The notes beneath the pieces were generated by a model, which was given only the letters and a program-made list of their open reading frames with translations, was not told the origin of the DNA and made no database searches. Below, one piece after another: positions 1-12,510 of a stretch of DNA of 64,000 nt. The stretch is from Babesia bigemina (lineage: Eukaryota), in assembly GCF_000981445.1 (NCBI RefSeq), contig NC_027219.1, positions 248,001 through 312,000 of the forward strand, given 5' to 3'. The first letter of the stretch is position 1. Every line of letters starts with the position of its first letter. Position numbers and translations under genes: made by a program.

Positions 1-42
1 CCCGACAAAACGTATCCAGTTCAGCAGGGCGATATTTTTCAG

Positions 43-2679
43 TTGTGTGAACGTCCAGATGGTGGTGAAGTCGTTGAGAGTGCGGCAACAAACGATGCGG
101 TCATCTGTCCAACACGTTTTCCTTCGAGTAAACTTCGCCCCGAAGAAGAAACATACGTATGTAATTCAGGACCAAAGCTTTTGATGCAGCCGCTCAAAAC
201 ACCATCAATGCATGATTTCGCGATTGCTAGTCAGTACAAGCTTCAGTTGCAAAGTGGCAATATACTTGGACAGAACAACAACAGATTGCCTGTGAAATCA
301 ACAGGAACTTATGCATCAGATTTGCTTGGCGCATCCGAAAAGCGGTTAGACACCGATTGCAGCAGGCAGCGTCGTGTTTCGGGTGTCAGTGAGGGTGATG
401 CGATGGGATTAAAGATAGCAGAAAAATGCGCGGATAGAACATCGTCTTCATTACAAGTTAATAAACCAAGCCACTGCCCAACGTGTTTAAGGCATTTCTC
501 ACCACCGGAAAATATGGGGAAAGCGGTGCATGAAGGGCTTGACGCATCTTCACAACCCGTACCACCCTTATCAACATCCAAATGCGAAAATGGCGATGTT
601 TCGCACCTGGAAGCGAATCTTCATTCTGGGAATGTTTCCAGTGCGGGCGATTTTTCAAACTTTGTTCCTCTGGTTGCTGGAGCAGCTGACAAAGAAGCCT
701 TATCGAACACTGGACCGGACGCTGCCCCTGACGCTTTGGAGCAGGAGAAACCACTTGATACCGTAATATTGGACGCCGAACGTACAAACAATGCGGCGCC
801 TTCGCACGATTCTATAGGTTCATTGCATCCCAGTTGCGATTCTGAAGCGCTGTCCTTTTCGCAGATGGAGGGCCATTCTGAAACAATGAAGGCCTTCCAG
901 ACACCCACTGATTACCCAAGTACGTCGGATGTAAATATATTCGCTGGTGGTAGTATTTCAAACCAAATGCATTCGACAGCGAATACAGGAAGCGAAGAAT
1001 ATCCACATAACGCGCCATCCACAAACGCAGGAAAGGATCCAAAGGATGATAAAACAGATGAATCCGTTTTCAACTCAAAGAGCCCCGCTGGATGCAATGT
1101 CACAGCATCTGGTGATAAAGATTCCGCGAGCACCATGCCACTCCCTGGGGGGTCACCTGGCCGCGCTGAGACGCACATAACAACGGCCAACATCGACCGT
1201 GCAGTATATTTTTACAAGACTCTAGGGAATCAGATGAAGTTACCCCCGCTAACTGCGTTGTCTGAGTTTGACTGCTGTGCTCCGCAAGGTGACGATACTA
1301 CAATGGCGGATTATCTTGGGTGCAAGTATTTAGCTGGTATGTGGCAGATTGAACCATTTGCGATGTTTGGCGACAGCGTACGTGTCTGTGGCGAATGTTA
1401 CGAAAAGTACGGCTCGAAGGCAAATGTTTACGTCTGTCGCTTACTCCGGCGCCACTTATCTGGTAATTACGACCATCCGATGAACACTACGCCAGCGCAG
1501 ATGCGCGAGCTTGTGTTAATGGCCTACGAGCAGCACGTGCAGATGTTGCTGAGGCTGTTGGTGCTTAAAAACGTCGCAATCCAATTCATGTGCCGTTTGT
1601 GCTGTCATTTTGTAAGTCGTCAACTGTTTCACCAAAAACAAGATATCTTCCCGCCCTTACCGTTCCCGTCGCATTTCATGGGAGAGGATTCGGGTAATCC
1701 TGAAGGTGTCCTGGCTGATCCGTCAGGCTTGCTGAGTGGTGTAAGGACATCTGGCGCTCGTGCTATGAAAGCTAACCAAAAGAAGGTCTTGCAGTCGCAC
1801 CTGAGTTCGTTCGTAACGTCTGTAAAGAATGCGGTATGTAATTTACCGCTTAGCTCTAAATCCGACCCCGCGCTGAATTATGAGCTGCTGAGTGCAATGG
1901 GCGCGTTTAGTGATGAATTCTCTCGCCTGGCCAACTGCCAAAACATTGTGGAATACCTCAACGACCTCATGTCTCACAAGGTCTTGGACGCCGATAACAC
2001 CCCCAGTCAACTACAGCAGATGCTAACAAAGGACGAATTGCGGCGTTTTTTTGCGTTCAGGCATTTGGCCGAGCGCTCGCCTGGTCCGTTCGGTCCGTCG
2101 CAGTCGTCCCAAGTCCGTGTTCGTAAGCGAGACCGGGGTCCCACGTTTATACCTTTGATCGGCATAGTGCCCGGCAGATCTTTCATCTATCGGCATTTCA
2201 AGGACGGTTATTACCGAGGATTGGTAACGGAGTACCTGGAGGATTCGGTTCTAGGCAAGCATTCGTTTTTGGTGGCATACAGCGACGGCGACGACGAGAC
2301 GTTGAGCCAGAAAGATTTGATCGGGGAAATAGTGGACAATTTGCACAACATCGAAGGCGTGCTGACTAATCTTTCGCAGAATGACACGAGGAATGAGGAA
2401 ATCCTGCTGAGGATGCGTAGTTACGGTGACCAGAGCTTGGGCGCGTTGTGTTCCGAGTTACGGCGCGAGATGCTGCATAATCTGATGCTTCACCAGACGG
2501 CTGATCCCTATAAACGCTCGGAATCGTCGAAGAAGCATTCACCGGACTTAACGAATGCTGCGTCCGAGACTGCAGCAGTAGACGTCGATAGCTCAGTGAC
2601 ACAGCATGGCAGTCCGCAGCCTGTATACCCGACTCCCGCCGCTTCTGTGGATGAAACCAATGAGATCACACCCCAGTGA
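43..2679 (+). CDS. Hypothetical protein: low-complexity N-terminal half, Cys/His-rich middle, C-terminal Tudor-like (PTM/DIR17-type) segment; true start may lie upstream of the window
   Basis: 878-aa ORF called from TTG; motif GRSFIYRHFKDGYYRGLVTEY...FLVAYSDGDDETL resembles Tudor-like domains (G.V..Y...Y.DGD.E.L). Confidence 0.6.
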   Translation: MCERPDGGEVVESAATNDAVICPTRFPSSKLRPEEETYVCNSGPKLLMQPLKTPSMHDFAIASQYKLQLQSGNILGQNNNRLPVKSTGTYASDLLGASEKRLDTDCSRQRRVSGVSEGDAMGLKIAEKCADRTSSSLQVNKPSHCPTCLRHFSPPENMGKAVHEGLDASSQPVPPLSTSKCENGDVSHLEANLHSGNVSSAGDFSNFVPLVAGAADKEALSNTGPDAAPDALEQEKPLDTVILDAERTNNAAPSHDSIGSLHPSCDSEALSFSQMEGHSETMKAFQTPTDYPSTSDVNIFAGGSISNQMHSTANTGSEEYPHNAPSTNAGKDPKDDKTDESVFNSKSPAGCNVTASGDKDSASTMPLPGGSPGRAETHITTANIDRAVYFYKTLGNQMKLPPLTALSEFDCCAPQGDDTTMADYLGCKYLAGMWQIEPFAMFGDSVRVCGECYEKYGSKANVYVCRLLRRHLSGNYDHPMNTTPAQMRELVLMAYEQHVQMLLRLLVLKNVAIQFMCRLCCHFVSRQLFHQKQDIFPPLPFPSHFMGEDSGNPEGVLADPSGLLSGVRTSGARAMKANQKKVLQSHLSSFVTSVKNAVCNLPLSSKSDPALNYELLSAMGAFSDEFSRLANCQNIVEYLNDLMSHKVLDADNTPSQLQQMLTKDELRRFFAFRHLAERSPGPFGPSQSSQVRVRKRDRGPTFIPLIGIVPGRSFIYRHFKDGYYRGLVTEYLEDSVLGKHSFLVAYSDGDDETLSQKDLIGEIVDNLHNIEGVLTNLSQNDTRNEEILLRMRSYGDQSLGALCSELRREMLHNLMLHQTADPYKRSESSKKHSPDLTNAASETAAVDVDSSVTQHGSPQPVYPTPAASVDETNEITPQ

Positions 2680-3238
2680 TAGTGGCAATTGGATTTCAGA
2701 TAAGCTACTAATCTATATGCGTAATTATATTTGACGGCTGTTCGCGACCGACAGGCATTTTCGATGCACTTTACCGGCGTGTTCTCGTTAATGGTTGCGA
2801 TTGCAACGTATATTGTTGGCAAAAATTCTCAATTCAGGTTGCATTGGCGTGATGGCGAACGTGACAACGCTCTCCATATGTGTTTTTAGTCGTGGTGGAA
2901 CTCTGCGCTGAGTTATCAGTCCTTATTCACACTGCGTGCTACCACATCACGGTACAGAATCCATTTGCCAATAGCTGACCGCTGCCAACATGACTGTACT
3001 CTAGTGGGAGTACTGCGCGTATCTACCTCGACACACCGAATGTGTACGTTACACATCTGCATATTTCATTGTCTAACTTCAACTGTGGATAGGTTAAAGT
3101 GCCCGTGGTATGTTCTGAGGTGCTCGCGTCGCGGGTCTTTCGTGACGCACGGCCGGCTGCACATGAGCACTGGTGTTCCGGGGTGTTGCGAATGGGTTGA
3201 CTAAGAATGTCCATTATCGCTGTTGACCTTAGACATCA

Positions 3239-4234
3239 ATGGCAGAAAAGGAGGTGGTTATTTCTCGGCTGCAGAGCGCTCTTCTGCGTTTGCCAAAGGA
3301 TGATCTGATCAAGTTGCTCCGGAGCACGTACCAGGCTATGCGCATAAAGCATGGAATACCCTACGAGCGCCCCGAATCGAATACACACAGCTCCGCAGCA
3401 CAGAGAGAAACGGCCGCCAGGGGCGTAAAGGCTACTGCCGCTCGCAGCAAGAGGAAACACAGCGTAGGCAAAAGGAAACCGTCCGACACCCCTTCGGATA
3501 AAGGACATTTTGCGAAGGTGGAACAGCCTACCTTCCGACAAATCGACATTTTGGCTGACGATTTTAAAGATTTGAACCTGTCTTATGACTCCGACGCGTT
3601 CGACTTGGCCGAACCGAGCGCCGACAACCAGCAGCATGCCAGCTCTCCGACTCACGGCGGCACCGTCGACCGAGCCAGTGTACAGGAGAGCACCTTAGAT
3701 GACCGGGAATTCGCAATTCAGACCCTAAAGGATGATGCGCGGCAGATAGTGCCTCCACTGGACCTTTCAGGCATAAGTGCCAGCGCGAAGGAGGCGTACA
3801 AGGTGACCGACTTCCTGCCGTCACCGGAAGTGTGTGCGACAGGTTCGTTTTCAGAGTCGAAAAATAACGTCTTACTAGACCCTTACGTGAAACTGAAGCA
3901 TGTAACGTGTCCGGAGGCGCATCCGGTAGGGGAATTTGCAACCGACAACTTTAGTGGCCATTGGCTACGTGACTCGCCTGGGTACAGCATGCCAGACAAC
4001 AGCAAAATGCCACATCCTCGCACTGTTGTCCGAGGTAACTACACCGTGACACCGCGGCCGGGACAGTGGGTGAGGGGCTATCCCCTCCCTCAGCATGTGT
4101 ACGATCCGCCGTATCTGCACCTTCCTCAGGCTTTTGGAACTATGCCCGGTGGGCAAGTCGCTTATCGCGATATGCAGCGACTTGGGCCATGCGCTCCAAG
4201 TCAGGTTCGTGGCCGCTCAGTGCAGCGTTTCTAG
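3239..4234 (+). CDS. Hypothetical protein
   Basis: 331-aa ATG-initiated ORF with protein-like composition; no family recognised. Confidence 0.6.
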   Translation: MAEKEVVISRLQSALLRLPKDDLIKLLRSTYQAMRIKHGIPYERPESNTHSSAAQRETAARGVKATAARSKRKHSVGKRKPSDTPSDKGHFAKVEQPTFRQIDILADDFKDLNLSYDSDAFDLAEPSADNQQHASSPTHGGTVDRASVQESTLDDREFAIQTLKDDARQIVPPLDLSGISASAKEAYKVTDFLPSPEVCATGSFSESKNNVLLDPYVKLKHVTCPEAHPVGEFATDNFSGHWLRDSPGYSMPDNSKMPHPRTVVRGNYTVTPRPGQWVRGYPLPQHVYDPPYLHLPQAFGTMPGGQVAYRDMQRLGPCAPSQVRGRSVQRF

Positions 4235-4290
4235 CCCCCATATGTTACATTTTTTAAAGTGTGTACGCCTTCCTACATGACTATGAGCAA

Positions 4291-5991
4291 ATGTGTGACT
4301 CGTGGGAGGTTGATGGCAGACTACTCGCCAAAATAGACGAGTATTTTGACTTCAACCACCGACAGGTCTCCGGCCCCGCTACTTTCAGCGACGGTCCTAA
4401 CGGCTCGTTTTCTCGCCACAAACGCGCGCGCATTTTGGATTCCCCGACGGATGACGTCGTAACTGTCAATAGCGACACATCCGATGACGCAGCGAGTGAT
4501 AGAGAGGGCTCTTACGAGCCCGAATGCATCGTTTGCAGCGAGCCGTTCACGGACACGTCGGATGTCGGCGTTCCCATGAGCTGTATGCACATTTTCTGCT
4601 ATAGTTGTATTAAAAAGTGGTCGAATCACACGAATGTGTGCCCTATTTGCAAGATCGAATTCAATGAGCTGCGGCGCCTCCGGTGGCGTCAATTTGTCGA
4701 TTATCTGTCGTCGTCCACTAGGTGGAGCCTCAAGCGGTTGCGCCGAACTGTAACTCCCCGCATTAAAAACTTCAAGTCGTTAAAGGAGCATTTGTTGAGT
4801 TGCTTGGGCGCCGTCCCGTCGCAGCGCGAATGGGTTTCCCGTAAGAGCCTCGGCGAGGAGACGGATGACAGCGTCGGTGGCTGCGAGGTCTGCGGCGGCG
4901 ACAACTACTGGGAACAGATGTTGCTATGCGATGGCTGCAACCTCGGTTTCCATTTGTTTTGCCTAAATCCGCCACTGACTAGCATCCCACCAGGAGACTG
5001 GTATTGCAAGGAGTGTCTGGACTCAGAGTTACAGCCTCCCCAGGATTCACATGACGCTGTAGCCTCACAAAGCAACACTGCTAGTGCGCGTACAACTGGT
5101 AGACGTTTGTCTGGGTCACGGACCACCAGATTGGCAAGGAGGAGTCGTGTTGAATTGGATTCACCCATTACCAGCCGCCATTCTAGTGTAGAGTCGGACA
5201 GTGAACAGAGACCCACGTCGAGTGCTGCGAGTAGTGGTGATAGTATAGGGTTAGGTAGTGCAGCACTCGGCAGGAACGTCGAAACGCACCTGGAGCCAGT
5301 GTCGGCAAGTCAAGACGTATTGCTCGACCTGGGTGCCGATTTCTTCTCTGGGGACGGGGTACATCCGGGAGAGCACGAATCGGGCAGCGTGACATTGACT
5401 CGTATGCCTCCAAGTCTAGCGTCGCGTACTTCGGGGTCCGCGTCGTATCCTTTTAGCCTGGAGGAGAGAGAACGCGCGGACCGTCGACAGGAACGCAATA
5501 CGTCTGAAAACTCGATCGCAACTAATGAAGAAACCATTGGCACTGAATGCGGCGGTCTTTTCAGTGAACCAGATTCACCGTCAGCTGTTGAATTCGATCG
5601 TAACAACGGCGGGCGAGCAGGAGACTCGAAAGAGGCAGTAAATGAGACAGCACTCACACCTGGCGGCTCTGTTGGTGTTATTGCGAACGGTAATGCGGGA
5701 TCAATGCATGAAGTAAATGTAGAAAATCTAAACCTCGATGACTTGGCTTTTAATGCGAATTCCTTGTCTGTGCAAAGCAGCCAGAACCAGGAAACGCTTG
5801 ACCCTGCAAGCATTCTGGGTGATATGAGCATGGAGGAGATCGACAGGCTTTTCGAGGACAAGCCTAAACGCTGTATGTCTTTCATTTATCGTTACCGAAC
5901 GATGATGGAACGGGAAGTCCGTGGTAATGGTCGTATCCAATCCATGCAAAACCCTCGTATTCAAGGCAGCTCTGTGAGGTATATTTTTTGA
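4291..5991 (+). CDS. RING finger plus PHD finger protein (PHRF1-like architecture)
   Basis: C3HC4 RING CIVC...CMHIFCYSC...CPIC and PHD CEVC...[28 protein letters not shown]; first ATG at 4291; 3' end may continue via an intron. Confidence 0.85.
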   Translation: MCDSWEVDGRLLAKIDEYFDFNHRQVSGPATFSDGPNGSFSRHKRARILDSPTDDVVTVNSDTSDDAASDREGSYEPECIVCSEPFTDTSDVGVPMSCMHIFCYSCIKKWSNHTNVCPICKIEFNELRRLRWRQFVDYLSSSTRWSLKRLRRTVTPRIKNFKSLKEHLLSCLGAVPSQREWVSRKSLGEETDDSVGGCEVCGGDNYWEQMLLCDGCNLGFHLFCLNPPLTSIPPGDWYCKECLDSELQPPQDSHDAVASQSNTASARTTGRRLSGSRTTRLARRSRVELDSPITSRHSSVESDSEQRPTSSAASSGDSIGLGSAALGRNVETHLEPVSASQDVLLDLGADFFSGDGVHPGEHESGSVTLTRMPPSLASRTSGSASYPFSLEERERADRRQERNTSENSIATNEETIGTECGGLFSEPDSPSAVEFDRNNGGRAGDSKEAVNETALTPGGSVGVIANGNAGSMHEVNVENLNLDDLAFNANSLSVQSSQNQETLDPASILGDMSMEEIDRLFEDKPKRCMSFIYRYRTMMEREVRGNGRIQSMQNPRIQGSSVRYIF

Positions 5992-6917
5992 TCGGAACTA
6001 AACATATGTGTGTTCGTTGTTGTGGTACACGTGAAGTTGTGATTATCAGGGATATCCTCGTATCATTGTTTACTTGGCATTTGGGGGCCAAACCAACCAT
6101 TAAATGTTTATGCATGACCCGTAATGGCTTAAAACAGTCAGGCGTGAGTCATGCGTTCTGCGAAACCGGGCGTCCGGATATAAGACGTGTAAGACGTTTT
6201 ATTGTGACAGTCGCCCCTGTATTATGACCGTATCTGTGCATTGTTGAATGGGTATCGGAACGGATGTGCGCTTCAGGTACGTGTGAGCTCATCAGCTCAA
6301 AGACATGGCATCCCATGAAGACGATTTGTGTTCAAGTCTCTGTTGTTGACACCACACATGCCTCTAAGGCTTGTGATGGGGGTATTTACTCTCCCTGCTA
6401 CGCACAATGCTTGCTACCGAACTCTTCATTTATTCAATGTTTTCCTTAACTCTTACTTGCGTAGATTTTAGCGTTATTCACAATGGCGTATAAGCATTTA
6501 ATACGTTTCATTTTCCCAAATCCACAATTTATTGTAATGGTTGTTTACGTTTGTGCTACTTGTTTCCGAACATATGCAGCATTAGTCGCTACCCGGATTT
6601 AAGTAGGACATGTGTATAATTGTTCAACACCTGAATCTTTAGCAAACTTAATGCACGTGCGACATAGAAGTATTTAAAGATTAATATACTTTCCAGACCA
6701 TGTTTGTTTTCCATTGTATGTATCATGGTTTGATAAGCTGGGGCTCCAGTTGGACTTTATTTTGAGATTTTGCCGTATCATCCCATAAATCTGTATCTCC
6801 GGAATCAACTATAAAAGCTTGTTTTAAAACAAGCTGCTGAAGCATAAAAGGCTGAATACAACAAAATCCGATGTAACCACGCTGCAAGCACGCTGTGCAC
6901 TCCTCTACGCCGTCTCA

Positions 6918-7361
6918 GGTGTACGAGCAATAGGCGCCGCCCTGGCGTAGTTTCGCATCACAGCTTGACCAAAAATGCCGGACGGCTGTTTAGTATGACG
7001 CTAGTGACACCAGGGAATTCAATCACTGGCCAACTTAATCTTTCATCGCAGTTAGTATCCTTGACTTCCATGACACTAATGATCCTTACACTGCCAAAGA
7101 TGATTATTTATATGTGGATAGATTGTGAAATTATAGGTCTAAGGAATCGTGTAGAGGTCCTGCCTTTTAAAACGCCAGTGAAAGGCAGTTCCCAGTGGCA
7201 AATGTGCATTACCCAATATGTACGCTACCGGAGGGTGCATATTGTGCAGCCGATGCCGATGGATACAAGGCGTGACCTATCAATATGTATGTGATGGCGC
7301 CAAGGACACGTATTTGCACAGATGTCGGACTATTCAACCTCAAAAACGGCGTAAACAAGGC
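6918..7361 (+). repeat. Dispersed 444-bp repeat, copy 1 (decayed exon); inverted copy at 49895-50338
   Basis: Direct comparison with the reverse complement of 49895-50338: ungapped, about 9 mismatches by manual count. Confidence 0.95.
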
Positions 7362-7623
7362 CTGTTCGGCACATTTGAGATCACATATAAGACAGACAGC
7401 CGTTACATGGACGTCGCCATCCATGATACGTGAAACTTTTCCTCATCAGTAGGTGAATAATAATACATCTACGTTTGGTATTACATACGCTCATTATAAC
7501 TACGAGATGAATCATGACTATGGTATGTTCTTCACATTAAAATTCTGTGCTTCTATCTTACGTGGCGGCAATCTACGTTTTCGCAGCAGTTGTCTTGTTG
7601 GATATAAAGTCACTCACTGCATA

Positions 7624-8377
7624 TCATATTACCGTATGATGTATACGCTTACTTTGTCCTTCCAGAGTTTCCAGCACGAAGTCCTCAAATTCTTCACGGG
7701 AGTGGCTCATCTCAGTAATATCAGAAATTATTTCATTTTTGAAATTGGAAAGCAACTTTGCCATTTCCACTCTAATTTCTTCCTTGTTCTGCAATATGAC
7801 TGATTGCATAACGTAACTACCAACGTTTTCATAATCGCTCCTAGCCGACTTGAGCCTTTTCGTTTCTGGTGATATATGCCATGTTGACTGTAAAATTTAC
7901 CTTCGGTAATGGTTTCTATCAATTTCCTTTCACATGACAATCTATTTTCTACTACATCTTTCATATCGTTGATGATGTTACTATGCAAGGTTTTCAACCG
8001 CTCGACCATTTCATCCAATTTAATTAGGCCTCTTTTCTCTTGCATAAGATTGGCATCAAATGATATATGGTCAAGTTGTTGTCGAGCGTACATATCCAGG
8101 GTCACTATCATTCCATCGAGCCACTGAGCGGTTTTATTTCAGCATAGATACGCATGATGTTAAGTCGGTTCACTCTACGTTACACATACTGCCTTACGTT
8201 TTGCGCGTCAACTCTGAATTCCGCAATTTTCGCGTCGAATTGCCCATTAAGATTATTATAGACATGAGACAACCGATCGTTGTCAGCCATACTGGCTTCC
8301 AAGCTCAAAACAGCCGCCTGAATTTGCCCCACCTTCGCTTCTATGTTCTGCTTTATCGATGAACCGGAAATAAGCAA
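7624..8377 (-). CDS. Multi-exon coiled-coil protein, possibly SF-assemblin/beta-giardin family; 5' exons unresolved
   Basis: Three ORF pieces join in frame via GT-AG introns 8124-8197 and 7866-7900 (DAQN|WLDGM...TE|ETKRLKSAR); helical composition; C-terminal SREEFEDFVLETLE. Confidence 0.5.
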
Positions 8378-9408
8378 ATAATACGTTCACAAGCACAACG
8401 TACATCGTTTACTACAACTGCGGATGTCTGTACTGCTGTACACTGCACCCCAACGGCCTATCCAGCAGTGTATGCAACGTCTCATGGAACGAATGCTTAT
8501 TGACAGCACGATACAAGCAATAACCTTACCTTGTGATTTTGCTCGTACCGTTGAAGCACAGATGTGTATTTTGCATCTAGGTGATCTAGTCTTACAGAAA
8601 TAAGCTTTAAAAATTGAGTTTTGTTCGGCAAGGTGCACTAACCTCTAAGCAGCTAGAGCTCCACTTTTTGTTCACGGGCTCCATGTGTTGCCGGAATGAT
8701 GAATAACTCAACTATGTGTGCCAGTAGCAGCACCCTAGATTTCTGTGACTTTTTCGGGTGGACTTGCAGTAGCCTTCTGCTTTTGGTAGAATCCAGCGTT
8801 GATCAGACTTATCTCAATGCAAGATCCGACAATCATCATAATACCACATAATATTGGCAATCCCCTATAAGGCTGAGGAGGTGGTAACGCTTTAATGCCC
8901 TGTTCATTGAATTTTCACTTGATGTGTGGAAGCACTTACTTCCATGTTGCTCGTAGGAAACCAAGGAGGAAAATTCCCGTTAGAAGCCACAACAGAATAC
9001 GTGCTATATACAGATTTAGCAAGTAAATAATCGGACTCAAGGCATATTATGCACTTTGTTCTCGATGTGTAACACAAGCCGTAGAATCCTGTCTACGGCA
9101 CTGCGTGGAGAATGGAAGACGTGTTCAGCCTCTGGGCGAATGTACACAGTTGGCAGCTAATACAGACACACACATTGACAACGTGAGTTGGTTATTTGAC
9201 GCGGTCGCTGTTCATCATTTGGTAGGATTGTGGTGTACAGCGCTGCTTATGTTGTCACGACCGGAATACTTTACCTAACGTCATAAACATATAACAATTT
9301 CCACACACACTGACACACACTATTTCACATTACTGGGTTATGTGGTGAAGACATGGCTACCGTTTGCCTTTGAATCTATCCGCAGTCTGGACGTGAGTGG
9401 TTTGAAGG

Positions 9409-11548
9409 ATGAAAGCAGCAGTGGTTTCGTTATTGCTTTCTGCAATACTTCCACTCTATGTTGAGGTGAGTGTGTAATTCTTTAATACATAAGTGTTCAT
9501 GACTGCGTAATTCGTGAGTGTCTTCTAGTGTGTTACCAACTATGTTGTGCGTCAGCTTCGTTCGCCTCTCCAAGAGGTCTAGGACGAACCGATTGGGCAC
9601 AGAACGGGTTTTACACAGCTTATGACGGTGTTAAGTGAGACATGGCTGCTTACAATCAAGCTGTAAGATTTTCAGCGCCTTTGTTGTCATAAATATTTGG
9701 CTAGACAGATTTCCTGGCGCCATCTGATATCCCATATGTTCCTATTGAGGAGTTTCAACATATATAAATGCATAATTGGTACCGATTTTGTATTTCATCT
9801 CGAAAAGTTTCAACCGTGTTCAGGGGGCAACGGAACTCGAGGTCCACAGGCTCAGCGGCTTTACGTTAAATGACAAAAGTTATGGCTTCCCTGACGCATT
9901 GTACTATGGCAGAATCGCTAACGTGCGCTCGCTATACCGCGACTTAGCTTCACAAAGCACGGAAATGACCGATGCAGCGTTGGAGGATGCTTTGGCGAAA
10001 CGTATGCATAAGAATGGTTATACCCTGATGTTCCGTCTTCAGGATGTTCTACAAAACCGTCTGGATTTCGCATCGTTTCGTACTTTGCTGAAATCTAGCG
10101 GCAGTACCGCCATGCTCTTGATCCCTCCGCCGTCGAACATTTTACCCGGCTCACCGCAAGGTTGCACGGAGTCTCCAATGCTGGATTCCATTTCAGGAGA
10201 AAACCTACCAGTTTGCAAGTACGACACTCCTTTATTTCACCAATCCACAATGTCTGCTTTTCACGAGTTTCTGTTGAATTGTGATCCGAAGTCATTACTG
10301 GCTGTAGTGGAGGAAGGTGAGGATGCGTTGACTGTGATGCGCGAGTACGCGTCCGGAGTTGCGCCACTAGGTGCCGTGAACCGGTACAGGATCACTTCAT
10401 CCACTTATAAGAGTGTGTCTAACTACAAATCCTTAAACATTTTTGGCACATTGAGGAGCGCCCACAACGAGGGAGTTGGTGACAATGCGGCGACTGACTC
10501 CAGCGGCAATTCTTCCAAAGAGCATGATAACGAAGGCGCCCCGGTAAAGCCCAAAATTGTGTTATGCTCCCACTTCGATACGTTTTCGCTGCTGCAGAGC
10601 TACCGCGCGGCAGCGTCAAACAACGCCGGTTTGATTGCGCTGCTGGAGCTGGCGCATTTGCTCGTAGGTTTGGATCATCACTCTTACGAGGTCGTGGTAT
10701 TGCTAACCAGTGGCTCCATTTTGAACTTCCAGGGCGCGGCAACGTTCGCCAACTCCTACCCCAATATCACCAACGTGGAGCTGGTGCTTTGCCTTGATGA
10801 CCTGACTGGTCCGGAGCTTTACGTCCACACGTCAAGCAAGTCCACAGCCTTTTCCCATTTCTTCCAAGAGCACCTATCTCGCAGCGTGAGTGACACGATT
10901 AAACGCGGCGTGAACACAAAGGCCAAGCTGCTGTCTTTCCAGCACGAACAATTCAGCCGTCAGAAAGTACACTCCATCACCCTGACATCTGTGAAGGATT
11001 CGGTTGCGCTCCCGCTTCGTCAGCGCTCGTTTGAATACTCGTGTGATGCGTCGGTGCTGGCCAACCACGTCATTGCGATCGCCCAGGCCTTGGCATCGGC
11101 GTTGCACTGTGGCCCGCTCGCTGTGGATGCATCTGAAGTGCAATCGCGCATCACCTCGTGGGAAGCTAAACTTGGGAATCCGCGTTGCGGCCTGACGCAC
11201 GACCTGCATAAAGACAAAGCAGTTGCCTCGATTGTGGATCATTTGAGGCCGTTGCTGGAGACCATTTCAACCCAGCATGTTACCAGCAAGGTCGTTGATT
11301 TCGGTTTTAACGCCAACAAACCCATGAGGGTGGCCTTTTACCGTAACCGCACTACCGTGTATCACGTGTGCGTCCTGCTTGCGTCGGTGGTCTACATTTT
11401 CGTGATGTGGTCGATAATCCGCGCCTCGCCCAAAGTGGCATTCACTGACATAATGGAGACCATTTACGGGGCATCCCCTAGCAAGCAGCAGGACTCCCCG
11501 GACGCAAAGCCCATCGGCCGCTCGCAGTCCAAGCACAAAATAGTTTAA
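9409..11548 (+). CDS. NCLN: Nicalin (inactive M28 peptidase-like ER membrane protein)
   Basis: Signal-peptide exon 9409-9465 (MKAAVVSLLLSAILPLYVE), intron 9466-9823; motif KPKIVLCSHFDTF...SNNAGLIALLELA; C-terminal TM helix. Confidence 0.8.
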
Positions 11549-11733
11549 TAGTCTGACTGATGGTTAAATTACTGATGCAGCATCGCGTATCTGCGCCACG
11601 CTTACATCTGATAGTTGCAAGAACAATGTACTTTATACGTGTTTATGGACCTGGGTAGGCACGGCAGTTACCCGCCTCCTCATGTGTTGCCAGTGTGTTG
11701 CGCGCATCCAGGACCGCGGTGCGTAGCTCCTGC

Positions 11734-12232
11734 CTATATAGTATTGCATTTGGCGTACTTCTCGTTCCACTCGCGCGCAACCCGCTCCGCGTCCGCCTTG
11801 TCCGACTTGAAGTGGTCGGCAATGGCCGTGTCGAGTGGGTCGTCCGGCTCAGGCGCGCTGAGCAGCGACTGCACGCTAAGCAGCACCGTTCGTATCTGCA
11901 ACGCGGGGCTCCACTTGTCCTTCAGGATGTCCAGGCATATCCTGCCGAGCTTGTCGATGTTCGGGTGGTATATGCTGGTGAGGAATCGCACCTTCGGCGG
12001 CTCCATTGGGTACTGCTCGGGGAGAAACAGCTCGAGTTTGTACACACCTCCCTCGTAGGGTGTGCTCTCCGGTCCCAGCATCCGGATGTTGAAGTGCCGG
12101 TTGTTTCCGGGGTTGAGCTCGGCCCGGATGCCGGGTGCTGCACGAACATCAGCGTGTCGGGTGAGATGACGTCAACTTACGCGAATCGTTCGCCAAATTT
12201 TCGGTTTCCTTCAGTATCCGTTTGGGCGTCAT
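11734..12232 (-). CDS. UBC13: Ubiquitin-conjugating enzyme E2 N
   Basis: [13 protein letters not shown]; intron 12138-12180; [60 protein letters not shown]. Confidence 0.95.
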
Positions 12233-12510
12233 TGTGCGTCTTGTGATGACTTCTGTTTGCGCCTTGCTCCTCCCCATAGGTGTTTGCCCGATAGCTTGTG
12301 ATTCCGCGGATTTCTGGGCGTCACGGTGTGCCAAACACCATTTGGGTGCATCTTCCTAACGGTTGTTTGAGGAAGGTTGGCTCACATCGGCTGTGCGCGG
12401 TCGCAGCTGCCTCGACACACGGGTCGCCGAAGCCGCGTGTAGCAACCGTGTCTACTGGACTTACTGAGCGCTGTACCACCCATATTAATATCGACAGCTT
12501 ATAGGGAAAG

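Noticed and set aside
4200..4291. Splicing that fuses the 331-aa ORF with the RING-PHD ORF
   Set aside because: The obvious donor (CAG|GTTCGT) and acceptor (AAAG at 4259) are out of phase
6965..7294. 109-aa ORF (and the 127-aa twin at 49962-50345) as a real gene
   Set aside because: The M/L/T/I-rich composition is typical of a shifted frame over the decayed exon, and the starts are TTG; not fully excluded
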